NCBI GenBank assembly: GCA_041739435.1
Contig: JBGSNW010000089.1
Coordinates: forward strand, 1-37,828
DNA: 37,828 nucleotides
Direction: 5' to 3'
DNA from: Burkholderiaceae bacterium
GTDB lineage: Bacteria; Pseudomonadota; Gammaproteobacteria; Burkholderiales; Burkholderiaceae_C
Part shown: piece by piece, positions 24,497 through 34,483 of the stretch
Layout: every line of letters begins with the position of its first letter
Position numbering within the stretch: the first letter of the stretch is position 1
Notes under the pieces: generated by a model
The model's input: the letters and a program-made list of their open reading frames with translations, nothing else
Database searches by the model: none
What the model was told of the DNA's origin: nothing
Made by a program: the position numbers and the translations under genes

Positions 24497-26539
24497 TCAG
24501 TGCGCAGTCTGCACCAGGCGGGAAAACTCAGCCGCCAGCGCTTCCTTGGTCACCGGCTTGGCCAGAAATCCGTCCAGCCCCGCTTTGTGCCAGATGTCAC
24601 GGCTGTTGTCGAGCGCGCTGGCGGTGAGCGCCACGATGGGGCAGCAGCGGGTGCGCTGGGTTTTGTGATGCTGGCGAATCTGGCGCGTGGCTTCCAGCCC
24701 ATCCATGCCCGGCAGGCTGATGTCCATCAACACCACGTCGGGCGCTTGCTCGCGGCAGCGCACGATGCTCTCTTCGCCACTGGTGGCCAGCAAAACCTTC
24801 AGTCCCAACTGCCCCAGCAGGTCGGCGATGATGAGCTGGCTGACCGCGTTGTCCTCCACCAGCAACACGCGCTCGATGTTGCGGCGACGGTGGGCCTCGC
24901 GGTGCCGATGATCGGCATCCCGCGCCCGCTTCAGGACCAGCCGGTCCACCAGGTTGTGCAGCGACAGCGGCGCCCGATACGCGCTCACCCCGTCCGCCGC
25001 GGCGTTGTCAAGCCCCTGTGGCGTGATCGCACTGACCGTCAAGCGGGTGTGTGGCAGCAGGCGCCGGAGTTCGGGCATGGGCATCAGCAGCCCCGCGCGG
25101 GATTCGGTCAGCACCGCCCAATAGGGTGCCCCATTTTTTTCCTCGCAGGACACCACGGCGTTGCGCGAATCGAGCACCAGCGGATCGAACCCCAGCCGCC
25201 GGATCCGGCGCGCCAGCAAATTCACGTCGCTGTCGGGGTGGCCCACCACCCAGATCGATTCCGGCAACCGGTCGGGGGCCAGCCCGGGCACTTCGCTGGC
25301 GATGTGCAGGGCCCGCCCAACGCTGAGCCGGACGCCGAAATGTGTGCCCCCACCCACGCTGCGCCTGAGCGATATCTCGCCCCCCATCACCTCCACCAGG
25401 CGCCGGGCAATGGGCAGATTCAACCCCTGCCCTTCACCCCAGATCTCCTCGTTGGACTCGCCAACCGGCTCGTCCAGCCCCGCCAGGCCCGTGTCGGACC
25501 CGTCCTTGAGCAGGCCGGTGGCGCAGCCGATCTCGAACCGCAGCGCCAGCCGATGATCGGCCGCCTCGGTCACCCGCGCCGCAAAACGAACCGCCGGCCC
25601 CGGGCAGGTCTTGACCACATGCGAAAACAACCTGCGCAGCAGCTCGTCCAGACGGGCGGCGTCGGTCACGGCCGTGAAATGCTGCCCCACGAAGTCATAT
25701 TCCACCCAGCCACCCACCCCGCTCAGGCGCTCGTTCAGCGCACGACAGGCCTGGGCCGTCACCTCGCCCAGATCGCAGGCGGCGTCATCACAGGCGACCA
25801 CGCCCGACTCCAGCTGCGCATATTCAAAAACGTCGTCCAGCGTGGCCTGCAGCGCATGCCCCGCGTCCAGCGCCACCTCCAGGCGCCGCTGCCGCGCCTC
25901 CGGGTCGGCGCTGCGCAACGCCAGCTCCGTCATGCCCATCATGTTGGTCAGCGAGGTGCGCAAGTCGTGGCTCATGCCCAGGATGAAACGGGTGCGCCCG
26001 TGGCCTATTTTTTCAAGCTCGGTATGACGCTCGCCGGCCGAGCGCACCGCATTGTGCAGCGCCTGCTCCTTCTCGTGAAAGGCCTCGACCAGTCGGGCGT
26101 GACGCTGCTGCAGCTCAAACGTCGCGGCGCGCTCATCGTGCACGTTGAACACCGCCCCGATCAGGATCGCCGCCTTGCCATCCGCCCCCGGAACGGCACG
26201 CGCCCGCCCGCGGAACCAGCGGTACCCGTCCTGCTTGGTACGGATGCGCACCTCGTAAGTGCACTGCCCCAGCGTGCGCGCCGCCCGCTGCAGCGCGGCC
26301 TGCATCGCCACCCGGTCCTCCGCATGCAGGCGCTCGTCGAACAGGTCTTTTTCGGGAAGATATTCATTGGCCGAAAACCCCAGCGCCAACATGAAACGCG
26401 ACGACAGCCACAGCTCGTCCGTTTTCAGGTTGCGCTTCCAGAGCCCGTCATTCAGCTCCGAAGCCACGCGCGCAAACAAGTCGCCGCCCGGGCTCTCAGA
26501 CCCGCGGACAGTGGGGGCGATTGGCGTACGCACACTCAT
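24497..26539 (-). CDS. soluble PAS-containing hybrid sensor histidine kinase (PAS-HisKA-HATPase-degenerate REC-REC)
   Basis: PAS: LWLSSRFMLALGFSANEY...YEVRIRTKQDGYRWFRGRA. H-box: FILGMSHDLRTSLTNMMGM. ATPase: GQGLNLPIARRLVEVMGGEISL. C-terminal REC: RVLLVEDNAVS...DVVLMDISLPGMDG...IVALTAS...FLAKP. The start is placed at ATG 26539 (MSVRTP...); the 48 codons upstream in the track ORF are Arg-rich nonsense. Confidence 0.85.
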   Translation of the reverse strand: MSVRTPIAPTVRGSESPGGDLFARVASELNDGLWKRNLKTDELWLSSRFMLALGFSANEYLPEKDLFDERLHAEDRVAMQAALQRAARTLGQCTYEVRIRTKQDGYRWFRGRARAVPGADGKAAILIGAVFNVHDERAATFELQQRHARLVEAFHEKEQALHNAVRSAGERHTELEKIGHGRTRFILGMSHDLRTSLTNMMGMTELALRSADPEARQRRLEVALDAGHALQATLDDVFEYAQLESGVVACDDAACDLGEVTAQACRALNERLSGVGGWVEYDFVGQHFTAVTDAARLDELLRRLFSHVVKTCPGPAVRFAARVTEAADHRLALRFEIGCATGLLKDGSDTGLAGLDEPVGESNEEIWGEGQGLNLPIARRLVEVMGGEISLRRSVGGGTHFGVRLSVGRALHIASEVPGLAPDRLPESIWVVGHPDSDVNLLARRIRRLGFDPLVLDSRNAVVSCEEKNGAPYWAVLTESRAGLLMPMPELRRLLPHTRLTVSAITPQGLDNAAADGVSAYRAPLSLHNLVDRLVLKRARDADHRHREAHRRRNIERVLLVEDNAVSQLIIADLLGQLGLKVLLATSGEESIVRCREQAPDVVLMDISLPGMDGLEATRQIRQHHKTQRTRCCPIVALTASALDNSRDIWHKAGLDGFLAKPVTKEALAAEFSRLVQTAH

Positions 26540-26874
26540 TGCACCGATGATGCGAGCCCCCCGGCCCGAGGCAAACGCAGAAAAGCAGCCACTTGCCCCC
26601 CCATTTCGCCACCACGCCCCACGCCGACGGCGATGCCGATGCCGATACCGGCGGCACCACGCCCGACACTGCCGGTGGCGCACGTCACATCTCCGGCGCC
26701 TTGTTTACTACATTAATAGTAGCAAACTATGACCATTTCACGGGGGCTAAAGGCATATTTTATTGATAATTTGCCGCAAACCGGGTTTTGGGGGGTACCG
26801 GGGCGGCAAGGCGCCCACGGGGTGGCCGACCACGCGCGGTGGCGCGCAAAACGGGCTTTTTTTTGGGGGGATGT

Positions 26875-26951
26875 TGGTAGGCCGTGTTGGACTTGAACCA
26901 ACGACCAAAGGATTATGAGTCCTCTGCTCTAACCAACTGAGCTAACGGCCC
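26875..26951 (-). tRNA. tRNA with anticodon CAU; features favour the lysidine-modified minor tRNA-Ile (ileX type) over elongator tRNA-Met
   Basis: 77-nt cloverleaf read on the minus strand: GGGCCGT-TA-GCTC-AGTTGGTTA-GAGC-A-GAGGA-CTCATAA-TCCTT-TGGTC-GTTGG-TTCAAGT-CCAAC-ACGGCCT-A-CCA. The CCA end is encoded. C4:G69, C5:G68 and a G27-U43 wobble resemble E. coli ileX as I recall it. Confidence 0.9.
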
Positions 26952-26982
26952 GCCGCGTCGATTGTACGGGGCGGGGTTGGGG

Positions 26983-27993
26983 TTATTTCTGGTGGCTGAG
27001 GGCGTTGCTGACGAGTTTGGAGGTGATGTCAACGATCTGGATCATCCGGTCGTAGGGCATGCGCGTGGGGCCGATCACGCCCAGTGTGCCGACCACCAGG
27101 CCGTCCACCTCATAGGGCGCGCTGACGATCGACAGTTCTTCGATGGGCACCACCGTGCTTTCGCCGCCGATGAAGATCCGCACGCCCTCGGCCTGGCTGG
27201 AGATGTCGAGCAGGCGCATGAGCTGGGTTTTTTGCTCGAACAGTTCAAAGGCGCGCCGCAGGTGGCTCATGTCGGTTGAAAAATCGCTCACGGACAAGAG
27301 GTTGCGTTCGCCCGAGATGACCACCTCGCCCTGGTTCTGGGCCAGTGCCTCGGAGCTGGCCGCCACGGCCGCCTGCATGAGCGCCGCGATTTCCCCGCGC
27401 AACGATTCAACCTCGGTCTGGAGCTTGAGCCGCACCTGCTCGATCGACAGCCCGGAATAGTGGGCGTTGAGGAAATTGGCGGCCTCGATCAGTTGCGACG
27501 GGGTGTAGTCGATGTCGGTGAAGATCACGCGGTTTTGCACGTCGCCGTCGGGCGCGACGATGATCACGAGCAGGCGGCGCTCGGACAGGCGCAGGAACTC
27601 CATGTGGCGGAAGACGGACGTGCGCCGCGGCGCCATGACGACGCCCACAAACTGCGACAGGCTCGACAGCAGGTGCGCGGCGTTGGAAATCACCTTCTGC
27701 GGCAGGTCGGCCGCCAGGCTGGGCGCCTCCAGGTGTTCGCGCTGGGCGGTGAGCATGGTGTCCACAAACAGCCGGTAGCCGCGCGCGGTGGGAATGCGCC
27801 CGGCCGAGGTGTGCGGGCTGGCGATCAGCCCCAGCTCTTCCAGGTCGGACATCACGTTGCGGATGGTGGCGGGCGACAGCTCGAGCCCCGAGGCTCTGGA
27901 CAGCGTGCGCGAGCCAACGGGCTGGCCGTCGGCGATATAGCGCTCGACGAGGGCTTTGAGCAACAACTTCGCGCGGTCATCCAGCATCGGCAC
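26983..27993 (-). CDS. hrcA: heat-inducible transcription repressor HrcA
   Basis: 336-aa ORF: [67 protein letters not shown], the canonical HrcA N-terminal winged helix. Confidence 0.9.
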   Translation of the reverse strand: MPMLDDRAKLLLKALVERYIADGQPVGSRTLSRASGLELSPATIRNVMSDLEELGLIASPHTSAGRIPTARGYRLFVDTMLTAQREHLEAPSLAADLPQKVISNAAHLLSSLSQFVGVVMAPRRTSVFRHMEFLRLSERRLLVIIVAPDGDVQNRVIFTDIDYTPSQLIEAANFLNAHYSGLSIEQVRLKLQTEVESLRGEIAALMQAAVAASSEALAQNQGEVVISGERNLLSVSDFSTDMSHLRRAFELFEQKTQLMRLLDISSQAEGVRIFIGGESTVVPIEELSIVSAPYEVDGLVVGTLGVIGPTRMPYDRMIQIVDITSKLVSNALSHQK

Positions 27994-28015
27994 ATTTTAG
28001 TGATGTAATTTCGCA

Positions 28016-28912
28016 ATGCCATCCAAATTTCGACACGTCGCCCTGTTCGGCAAATACCAGGCACCGGCGGGCAGCGCCGACGCCCAGAGCGCCCGGCAAA
28101 CGCTGGACGAGATCGCGCAGTTTCTGGCCACGCGCGGCTGCCGGGTAACCCTGGAGCGCGACACGGCAACCCACACCGACCTCACGCAGTACCCCACCCT
28201 GACCGTGCCCGAGATCGGGCGGCACTGCGACCTCGGGCTGGTGGTCGGGGGCGACGGCACCATGCTGGGCATCGGGCGGCAGTTGGCCAGCGACGGTGTT
28301 CCGCTGATCGGCATCAACCAGGGCCGCCTGGGTTTTGTCACCGACATCCCGCTGGACGCCTACGCCACAACGCTGGCGCCCATGCTGGAGGGTGAATACG
28401 AGGAAGATCACCGCAGCCTGGTTCAGGGCCGCGTCATTCGCGACGGCCAGTGTGTGTTCGATGCCCTCGCCATGAACGACGTGGTGGTGAATCGCGGCAC
28501 CGCCTCGGGCATGGTGGAGTTGCGCGTGGAAATCGACGGCCATTTTGTCGCCAACCAGCGCGCGGACGGCCTGATCGTCGCCACCCCCACGGGCTCCACC
28601 GCCTACGCGCTGTCGGCGGGTGGCCCGCTGCTGCATCCGAGCATTCCGGGCTGGGTGCTGGTGCCCATCGCGCCACACACGCTGTCCAACCGGCCCATCG
28701 TCATCGCCAACGCCGCTGAAATCACCATCGAAGTGGTGGCCGGACGCGGGGCGAGCGCCAACTTCGACATGCAGTCCGTGGCCTCGCTGCTGCACGGTGA
28801 CCGGATCACCGTCCGACGCTCGCAGCATCACGTGCGGTTTCTTCACCCCAAGGGCTGGAGCTACTTTGACACGCTGCGCAAGAAACTCCACTGGAACGAA
28901 GGGGGTTCATGA
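28016..28912 (+). CDS. nadK: NAD(+) kinase
   Basis: 298-aa ORF with the GGDGTMLG motif and VNRG...[15 protein letters not shown], the NadK/PpnK signatures. It is divergent from hrcA. Confidence 0.9.
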   Translation: MPSKFRHVALFGKYQAPAGSADAQSARQTLDEIAQFLATRGCRVTLERDTATHTDLTQYPTLTVPEIGRHCDLGLVVGGDGTMLGIGRQLASDGVPLIGINQGRLGFVTDIPLDAYATTLAPMLEGEYEEDHRSLVQGRVIRDGQCVFDALAMNDVVVNRGTASGMVELRVEIDGHFVANQRADGLIVATPTGSTAYALSAGGPLLHPSIPGWVLVPIAPHTLSNRPIVIANAAEITIEVVAGRGASANFDMQSVASLLHGDRITVRRSQHHVRFLHPKGWSYFDTLRKKLHWNEGGS

Positions 28913-30564
28913 CCATGGCGCTGCGACGCATCGTGCTGCGGGACTTCGTCATCGTCCACGAACTCGAACTCAACCTGGACGAAGGCTTCACCGTGTTGAC
29001 CGGCGAGACGGGCGCGGGCAAATCCATTTTGGTCGATGCGCTGCAACTGGCCCTGGGCAGCCGCGCCGACGCCCTGGTGGTGCGCACGGGCACCGCGCGC
29101 GCCGAGGTCAGCGCGGAATTCGATTGCCCCGAAGCGGCCCTGCCGTGGTTGAGCCAGGCGGGCTTTGAGGCCGCCGACACCCTGCTGCTGCGCCGGGTGG
29201 TCGATGCGCAAGGCAAAAGCCGGGCCTGGATCAATGGCAGCCCGGCCACGGCCACACAACTGCGGGAGCTTGGCGCGCAGCTGGTGGACATTCACGGGCA
29301 ACACGCCTGGCAAAGACTGATGCTGCCGCCCTCGGTTCGCGCGCTGCTGGACGCCTATGCCGGTGTCGACACGCGCCAGGTGGCCGCGCTCTGGAGCGTA
29401 TGGCGCGAGGCCGAAAACGTGTTGACCCAGGCCCGCAGCGCACAGGACTCGCTGCAACGTGAACGCGAACGCCTGGCCTGGCAGATGGGCGAAGTGGACA
29501 AACTCGCACCCGGCGACGACGAATGGGAGCCGCTCAACACCCGGCATGCCCGGCTTGCCAATGCCCAGTCGCTGCTGGACACGGCACGCGCAGCGCTGCA
29601 GGCGTTGGGCGGGGACGAAGGCGGCGCCACCACGCAGCTCGCCGAAGCCTGTCGGCTGCTGGACCAGCAGGCCCATCTTGATCCGGAATTCAGGGCCGTG
29701 TCCGACGTGCTGGGTTCGAGTCTGGCGCAGGCCGAAGACGCCGCGCACTCGCTGCAGGGTTATTTGCGCAGAGTCGACCCTGACCCCGAGGCACTCCAGA
29801 CCCTGGACGACCGGATCGGCCTCTGGATGACGCTGGCGCGGCGCTACAAACGCACCCCGGCCGATCTCCCGGCCCTGTACCGGTCCTGGAAAGCTGAGCT
29901 GGCGCGGCTCGATTCGGCCGCCGATCTGGCCAGCCTGGAGGCCGCTGAAAAGGCGGCGGCGGCACGCTACAACACCGAGGCGCGGGCCGTTTCCAAGGCG
30001 CGTGGCAAGGCGGCGCCGAAACTCGCCGCCGCCATCACCGAAGCCATCCAGGGCCTGGGCATGCCCGGCGGCCGATTCGACGTCGAGGTCAGGCCCGCCG
30101 CCCAGCCGTCGACATCGGGGCTGGACGACATCCATTTCCTGGTGGCCGGGCACAGCGGCACCCCACCCCGCCCAGTGGGCAAAGTGGCCTCGGGCGGCGA
30201 GCTGTCGCGTATTGCCCTGGCCATTGCCGTCACCACCAGCCAGCTGGGCGCGGCCCAGACCCTGATTTTTGACGAAGTGGATTCCGGCGTGGGCGGCGCG
30301 GTGGCCGACCGGGTCGGCCAGTTGATGAAGCAGCTCGGCCGGGACCGGCAGGTGCTGGCCGTCACCCACCTGCCGCAGGTGGCGGCCTGTGCCGACCACC
30401 ATCTGGTCGTGACCAAGTCCAGCTCGGCCACCCACACCGAAAGCACCGTGACGCCCGTCCAGGGCCAGAGCCGGGTGGAAGAGGTCGCGCGCATGCTCGC
30501 GGGCGAGCGCCTGTCGGGCGCCACCGTGGCGCACGCCCGGGAAATGCTCGGCATGGACGGCTGA
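28909..30564 (+). CDS. recN: DNA repair protein RecN
   Basis: ATGA overlap with nadK. Walker [16 protein letters not shown], a long coiled-coil region, and a C-terminal signature/Walker [13 protein letters not shown]...[12 protein letters not shown]. Confidence 0.95.
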   Translation: MTMALRRIVLRDFVIVHELELNLDEGFTVLTGETGAGKSILVDALQLALGSRADALVVRTGTARAEVSAEFDCPEAALPWLSQAGFEAADTLLLRRVVDAQGKSRAWINGSPATATQLRELGAQLVDIHGQHAWQRLMLPPSVRALLDAYAGVDTRQVAALWSVWREAENVLTQARSAQDSLQRERERLAWQMGEVDKLAPGDDEWEPLNTRHARLANAQSLLDTARAALQALGGDEGGATTQLAEACRLLDQQAHLDPEFRAVSDVLGSSLAQAEDAAHSLQGYLRRVDPDPEALQTLDDRIGLWMTLARRYKRTPADLPALYRSWKAELARLDSAADLASLEAAEKAAAARYNTEARAVSKARGKAAPKLAAAITEAIQGLGMPGGRFDVEVRPAAQPSTSGLDDIHFLVAGHSGTPPRPVGKVASGGELSRIALAIAVTTSQLGAAQTLIFDEVDSGVGGAVADRVGQLMKQLGRDRQVLAVTHLPQVAACADHHLVVTKSSSATHTESTVTPVQGQSRVEEVARMLAGERLSGATVAHAREMLGMDG

Positions 30565-30573
30565 AACATCGGC

Positions 30574-31443
30574 ATGGAAATGGTGCTCATCACCGGCGTG
30601 TCCGGCTCAGGAAAATCGGTGGCCTTGCGCGCGCTGGAAGACTCCGGCTATTACTGCGTCGACAACCTCCCGCCCGAGCTGCTGATGAGCTTCATCTCGC
30701 TTCAGCAGAAGCACCAGGCCAAGCGGGTGGCCATTGCCATGGATGTGCGAAGCGCGGCAGCCTTGCCGCTGGTGCCCGAGCAGTTGGCCACCCTGCAGCG
30801 CAACGGCATCCTGGTGCGGCTGCTTTTTCTGGACGCGGCCACTGACACGCTGGTGCGCCGCTATTCCGAGACGCGGCGACGGCATCCACTGTCCAGCGGC
30901 AACGCCACCGACGAGCGGCACGCCTTGGTCGAAGCCATCGACCTGGAGCGCGAACTGCTGTCGGACCTGCGCTCAAACTCCATGGTGGTGGACACCAGCA
31001 TGATGCGGCCTGCCCAGTTGCAAGACAGCGTGAAGGCGCTGGTTTCCCTGCCGCACAGCCAGTTGACCCTTGTTTTCGAATCGTTTGCATTCAAACGCGG
31101 GATTCCGGTCGACGCCGACTTCATGTTTGACGTGCGCATGCTCCCCAACCCGCACTACGAAGACGCTCTGCGTCACCAGACGGGCCGTGACCCGGCGGTC
31201 GTCGATTTTTTACGTGCGCAAAAAGAAGTGCAGCGCATGTTCAGCGACATCGAGCAGTTTCTGTCGCACTGGATCGAAGCATTGGCCAGGGATCACCGGA
31301 GTTATGTCACCGTTGCCATCGGTTGCACGGGGGGGCAGCATCGCTCGGTTTATCTGGCCGAAGAGCTGGCCAGGGTTTTCCGTGCGCGATGGGTCACCCT
31401 GATACGTCACCGGGAACTGGACGCGAACCGGCCCGGTCAATAA
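30574..31443 (+). CDS. rapZ: RNase adapter / nucleotide-binding protein RapZ (YhbJ family)
   Basis: 289-aa ORF: [31 protein letters not shown] and the C-terminal [11 protein letters not shown] motif. Confidence 0.9.
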   Translation: MEMVLITGVSGSGKSVALRALEDSGYYCVDNLPPELLMSFISLQQKHQAKRVAIAMDVRSAAALPLVPEQLATLQRNGILVRLLFLDAATDTLVRRYSETRRRHPLSSGNATDERHALVEAIDLERELLSDLRSNSMVVDTSMMRPAQLQDSVKALVSLPHSQLTLVFESFAFKRGIPVDADFMFDVRMLPNPHYEDALRHQTGRDPAVVDFLRAQKEVQRMFSDIEQFLSHWIEALARDHRSYVTVAIGCTGGQHRSVYLAEELARVFRARWVTLIRHRELDANRPGQ

Positions 31444-32467
31444 GTTTGCGCACAGGCGCCGGCAGCCCCAGCTTCACCTGCTGCTCCGCGGCAAACCAGG
31501 CGCCCACCCCCAGCGTTGGCATGCGCGGCAGCGTCACCTCGACCGGGTGCAGGTACAGGTCCTTGTGGGTCAGCGCGTGGGTCACCACCGGCGCGTCATG
31601 GAGCGCCACCCGGTGCTGGGGCGGCACGGCGGCCTCAAGCGCCTCGCGGCTATTGAACACCGGCAGGCAGTGCAGCCCCGCCCAGATGCCCGTTTCAGCG
31701 CGCCGCTGCAGCCAGAAATGCCCTTTGCCGCTGCTGGCCTGCAAGAGCCAGAGCGACTCGGTGGTTCTTTTCAGTTTGCGGGTCCGCACCGGGTATTCGT
31801 GCGGGGTCCCGTCGCGCTGGGCCACGCACAAACCGCGGGCCGGACATTCGGCGCACCGCGGTTTCTTGGGCACGCACACGGTCGCCCCCAGGTCCATCAG
31901 GCCCTGGGTGTAGCGCGGCATGTTCACCCGCGGATCGCCGTCGGGCAAAAGGGCCTGGGCCAGCGCCCACAGTTCTTTTTCATGGGCCGCCACCGACAGG
32001 TCCTTGCTGAACCCGGCAACACGTGTCAGCACACGTTTGACGTTGCCGTCCAGAATGGCCACACGCTCGCCAAAACAGAACGCCGCGATCGCCGCTGCGG
32101 TCGAGCGCCCGATCCCGGGCAAGGCCTGCAATGTCTTGGCGTTGTCCGGAAACCGGCCGCCGTGCTGTTGAACAACCTGCACCGCGCATTGATGAAGGTT
32201 GCGCGCACGGCTGTAATACCCAAGCCCGGCCCACAAGGCCATCACGTCGTCGATGGGCGCGTTGGCCAGGGCCTTGACATCGGGAAACCGCGAAATGAAA
32301 CGATCAAAATAGGAAATGACCGTTGCCACCTGGGTTTGCTGCAGCATGATCTCGGACAGCCAGACGCGGTAGGGATCGCGCCCCTGGTTCCAGGGCAGGT
32401 TGTTGCGGCCTTCAAGCGCCTGCCACTGCAACACGCCGGCGGAAAATCCCCGGAGCGCCGCCGTCAT
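31394..32467 (-). CDS. mutY: A/G-specific adenine DNA glycosylase MutY
   Basis: [16 protein letters not shown], an HhH region [12 protein letters not shown], a 4Fe-4S cluster loop [17 protein letters not shown], and a C-terminal NUDIX-like domain. Confidence 0.9.
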   Translation of the reverse strand: MTAALRGFSAGVLQWQALEGRNNLPWNQGRDPYRVWLSEIMLQQTQVATVISYFDRFISRFPDVKALANAPIDDVMALWAGLGYYSRARNLHQCAVQVVQQHGGRFPDNAKTLQALPGIGRSTAAAIAAFCFGERVAILDGNVKRVLTRVAGFSKDLSVAAHEKELWALAQALLPDGDPRVNMPRYTQGLMDLGATVCVPKKPRCAECPARGLCVAQRDGTPHEYPVRTRKLKRTTESLWLLQASSGKGHFWLQRRAETGIWAGLHCLPVFNSREALEAAVPPQHRVALHDAPVVTHALTHKDLYLHPVEVTLPRMPTLGVGAWFAAEQQVKLGLPAPVRKLIDRAGSRPVPGDVSG

Positions 32468-34425
32468 GCAGTTTGCAGAACAGTGGTTTGTTCCTGCGGC
32501 GACTCCAGCGCCGCGGCCAGCAGGGGATGGGTCAGATCAAGCAGCTTCTCATCGATGTTTTTCAGGGCGATTTCCTGCATCTCGATCTCGGAAATGCGTT
32601 CGGCCAAGCCGCTGGCGGCATTCTGGATGCGCTCGATGGCTTCGATGCGGCGCCCGAAGCTGCGCCGCCGCTCGCGCAACTGCACATCGAGCTGGGCCGC
32701 CGCCGATTTGTTCCACAACTCCACTTCGCCCAACGCGGATTCGTACACGACCCGAAGCCGTGTTGACAGCGCGCGGACCAGCCGGTCGGCAAACTCGGGT
32801 TGTGCCAGCTTCAGGGTGTTGCTGATGCCCAGGTACTGGCTGTGACTGCGCTCCACGAGCTTCAGGTCCTTGCGGTACCGGGCAAGGTCGGGCTCGCGCG
32901 GTGCCTGCAGCGAAAAGCCGTGCTCGGTGTTGAGCTGGCGAAATGCGCCTTGCAGCATGGTCTGGATTTCACCACTGAGACGGGTCGCTTTTTCCAGGTT
33001 TTCCTGGAGTTTGGCGAATGTCTCGGCATAGGCCTTGCGCACACCCAGCTTGATGCCGGGCTGGCGCAACACACGATTCAACCCCGTCAGTTCGGTTTTC
33101 AGGGCTTTGGAACCCAGGAGGTCGAATACATCGCGCAAAAGCTTCAGGTGGACAGAACGAATGGCCTGGATCTTGGCGCCACTGGTGTTGAACTCCAGTT
33201 GCTCGATTTCGATGCGCGAATGCATGTGACGGATCACCGAGGCATTCTTGCCACTCAAGCCCTTGAGTTCGAGTTTTTGCTCGGAATAGTCGCGGCGACG
33301 AATATTGATGATGCGAAGTGCCTCGGCCTGCAAATCGGCAATGCCGGCCGTCACCGCCGACTGCAGGATCTGCTGTCGCCGCCCCAGCATGTCAAGCCCA
33401 AGTTTGTCCTCAAGATGCTGAAGGCAGCTTGCCTGCAACAAGGCATCATCCTCGGTCACCTTGGCCAGCAGGCCTTTTTGGGCCGACACCGGGATGACCT
33501 GATTTTCGTCAACCCCGAGAATTTCGGCCGAGGTCCGTCGCTGGCGTTCGATCTGCGCCTGCACCTGCTCTGGCGTGCTGAGCGCATCCCACATGGTGTC
33601 GATCTTGTTGAGAACGACCAGGCGGGTGTCATGCGTGTCGCCCCCGGTGATGAGGTGTTCGCGCCAGATGGCCAGGTCGGACCGCGTCACCCCGGTATCG
33701 GCGGCCAGGATGAAGACCACTGCATGGGCCTGCGGAATGAGGTTGACGGTGAGTTCGGGCTCGGCGCCGATGGCGTTGAGCCCCGGAGTGTCCAGAATGA
33801 CCAGTCCCTGTTTGAGCAGCGGATGCGGAATGTTGATGAGCGCGTGCCGCCAGCGCGGCACTTCCACCATGCCCCGGCTGTCGGCAGGCGGGTTGTTCTC
33901 GGGGATGTCGTCGTCCCAGAATCCCAGTGCACGGGCCTCGTCGCGGCTGACCTTGCGCACCTCGGCGACCTTTTCCATCGCCTGTGCCAGTTGGTCGGGG
34001 TCGTCGATATCGAGGTTGATGCGGGTCCATTTTTCGGGTGCCATGCGCCAGTCCGCCAGCGACATGGAGTCAAGCCGGGTTTCCACCGGCAGCAGCCGCA
34101 GGCAGGGCGCCACCGCCACGTCGTAACCCAGCTCGGTGGGGCACATGGTGGTGCGGCCGGCACTGGCCGGCATGATGCGCCTGCCGTATTCGGCAAAAAA
34201 AATCGCGTTGATGAGCTCGGATTTACCCCGGGAAAACTCGGCAACAAAGGCCACCATGACACGGTCTGCCCTGACCTGAGCTTCGAGGCGGTGAAGGCGC
34301 TCCTCCACGGCAGCGTCCAGCAGATCATGGTCGCGCAACCATTCGGCCAGCAGCTTCAGCCGCAGTGCAAACGCGCGCCGCCATGCTCCGTGCTGGTCAA
34401 AATGTTCCGTGAACGAATTGCTCAT
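32464..34425 (-). CDS. dynamin-family large GTPase (bacterial dynamin-like protein)
   Basis: 653-aa ORF. GTPase motifs: G1 AEFSRGKSELINAIF, G3 VILDTPGLNAIG, G4 VVLNKID. A long helical C-terminal stalk follows. A GGAGG RBS precedes the start, and the stop overlaps the mutY ATG (ATGA at 32464-32467). Confidence 0.8.
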   Translation of the reverse strand: MSNSFTEHFDQHGAWRRAFALRLKLLAEWLRDHDLLDAAVEERLHRLEAQVRADRVMVAFVAEFSRGKSELINAIFFAEYGRRIMPASAGRTTMCPTELGYDVAVAPCLRLLPVETRLDSMSLADWRMAPEKWTRINLDIDDPDQLAQAMEKVAEVRKVSRDEARALGFWDDDIPENNPPADSRGMVEVPRWRHALINIPHPLLKQGLVILDTPGLNAIGAEPELTVNLIPQAHAVVFILAADTGVTRSDLAIWREHLITGGDTHDTRLVVLNKIDTMWDALSTPEQVQAQIERQRRTSAEILGVDENQVIPVSAQKGLLAKVTEDDALLQASCLQHLEDKLGLDMLGRRQQILQSAVTAGIADLQAEALRIINIRRRDYSEQKLELKGLSGKNASVIRHMHSRIEIEQLEFNTSGAKIQAIRSVHLKLLRDVFDLLGSKALKTELTGLNRVLRQPGIKLGVRKAYAETFAKLQENLEKATRLSGEIQTMLQGAFRQLNTEHGFSLQAPREPDLARYRKDLKLVERSHSQYLGISNTLKLAQPEFADRLVRALSTRLRVVYESALGEVELWNKSAAAQLDVQLRERRRSFGRRIEAIERIQNAASGLAERISEIEMQEIALKNIDEKLLDLTHPLLAAALESPQEQTTVLQTA

Positions 34426-34483
34426 GCGCCTCCAAATTGGGGATTCAATATAGCATTGGACCGCGCCAGCCCGCGAAAGCTTG

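Noticed and set aside
26540-26683. N-terminal 48-codon extension of the hybrid kinase ORF (MRHRQCRAWCRRYRHRHRRRRG...).
   Set aside because: Arg/His/Cys-rich nonsense with a small GATGCC/GATACC repeat. The PAS-containing protein starts sensibly at ATG 26539, so the extension is treated as leader sequence.
24458-26716. 752-aa plus-strand ORF, longer than any annotated gene in this region.
   Set aside because: It is antisense to the hybrid kinase, whose minus-strand translation has clear PAS, H-box, ATPase and receiver motifs. The plus-strand product is Arg/Pro/Gly/Ala/His-rich with no recognisable motif, typical of a stop-codon-poor antisense frame in GC-rich DNA.
26834-26864. GC hairpin GCGCG-GTGG-CGCGC followed at a distance by a T8 run (an A8 run on the tRNA strand), next to the tRNA 3' end.
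   Set aside because: The T-run is 9 nt away from the stem on the plus strand, where nothing needs terminating. On the minus strand the run is poly-A, not poly-U. Not a canonical terminator for either strand.
28861-30534. 557-aa minus-strand ORF opposite recN.
   Set aside because: RecN on the plus strand has Walker A/B and SMC-like features. The antisense frame is low-complexity G/A/R/P-rich.
31394-31443. 50-nt overlap of the convergent 3' ends of rapZ and mutY.
   Set aside because: Both ORF ends look genuine. Short convergent overlaps are common in compact GC-rich genomes, and nothing else is unusual here.
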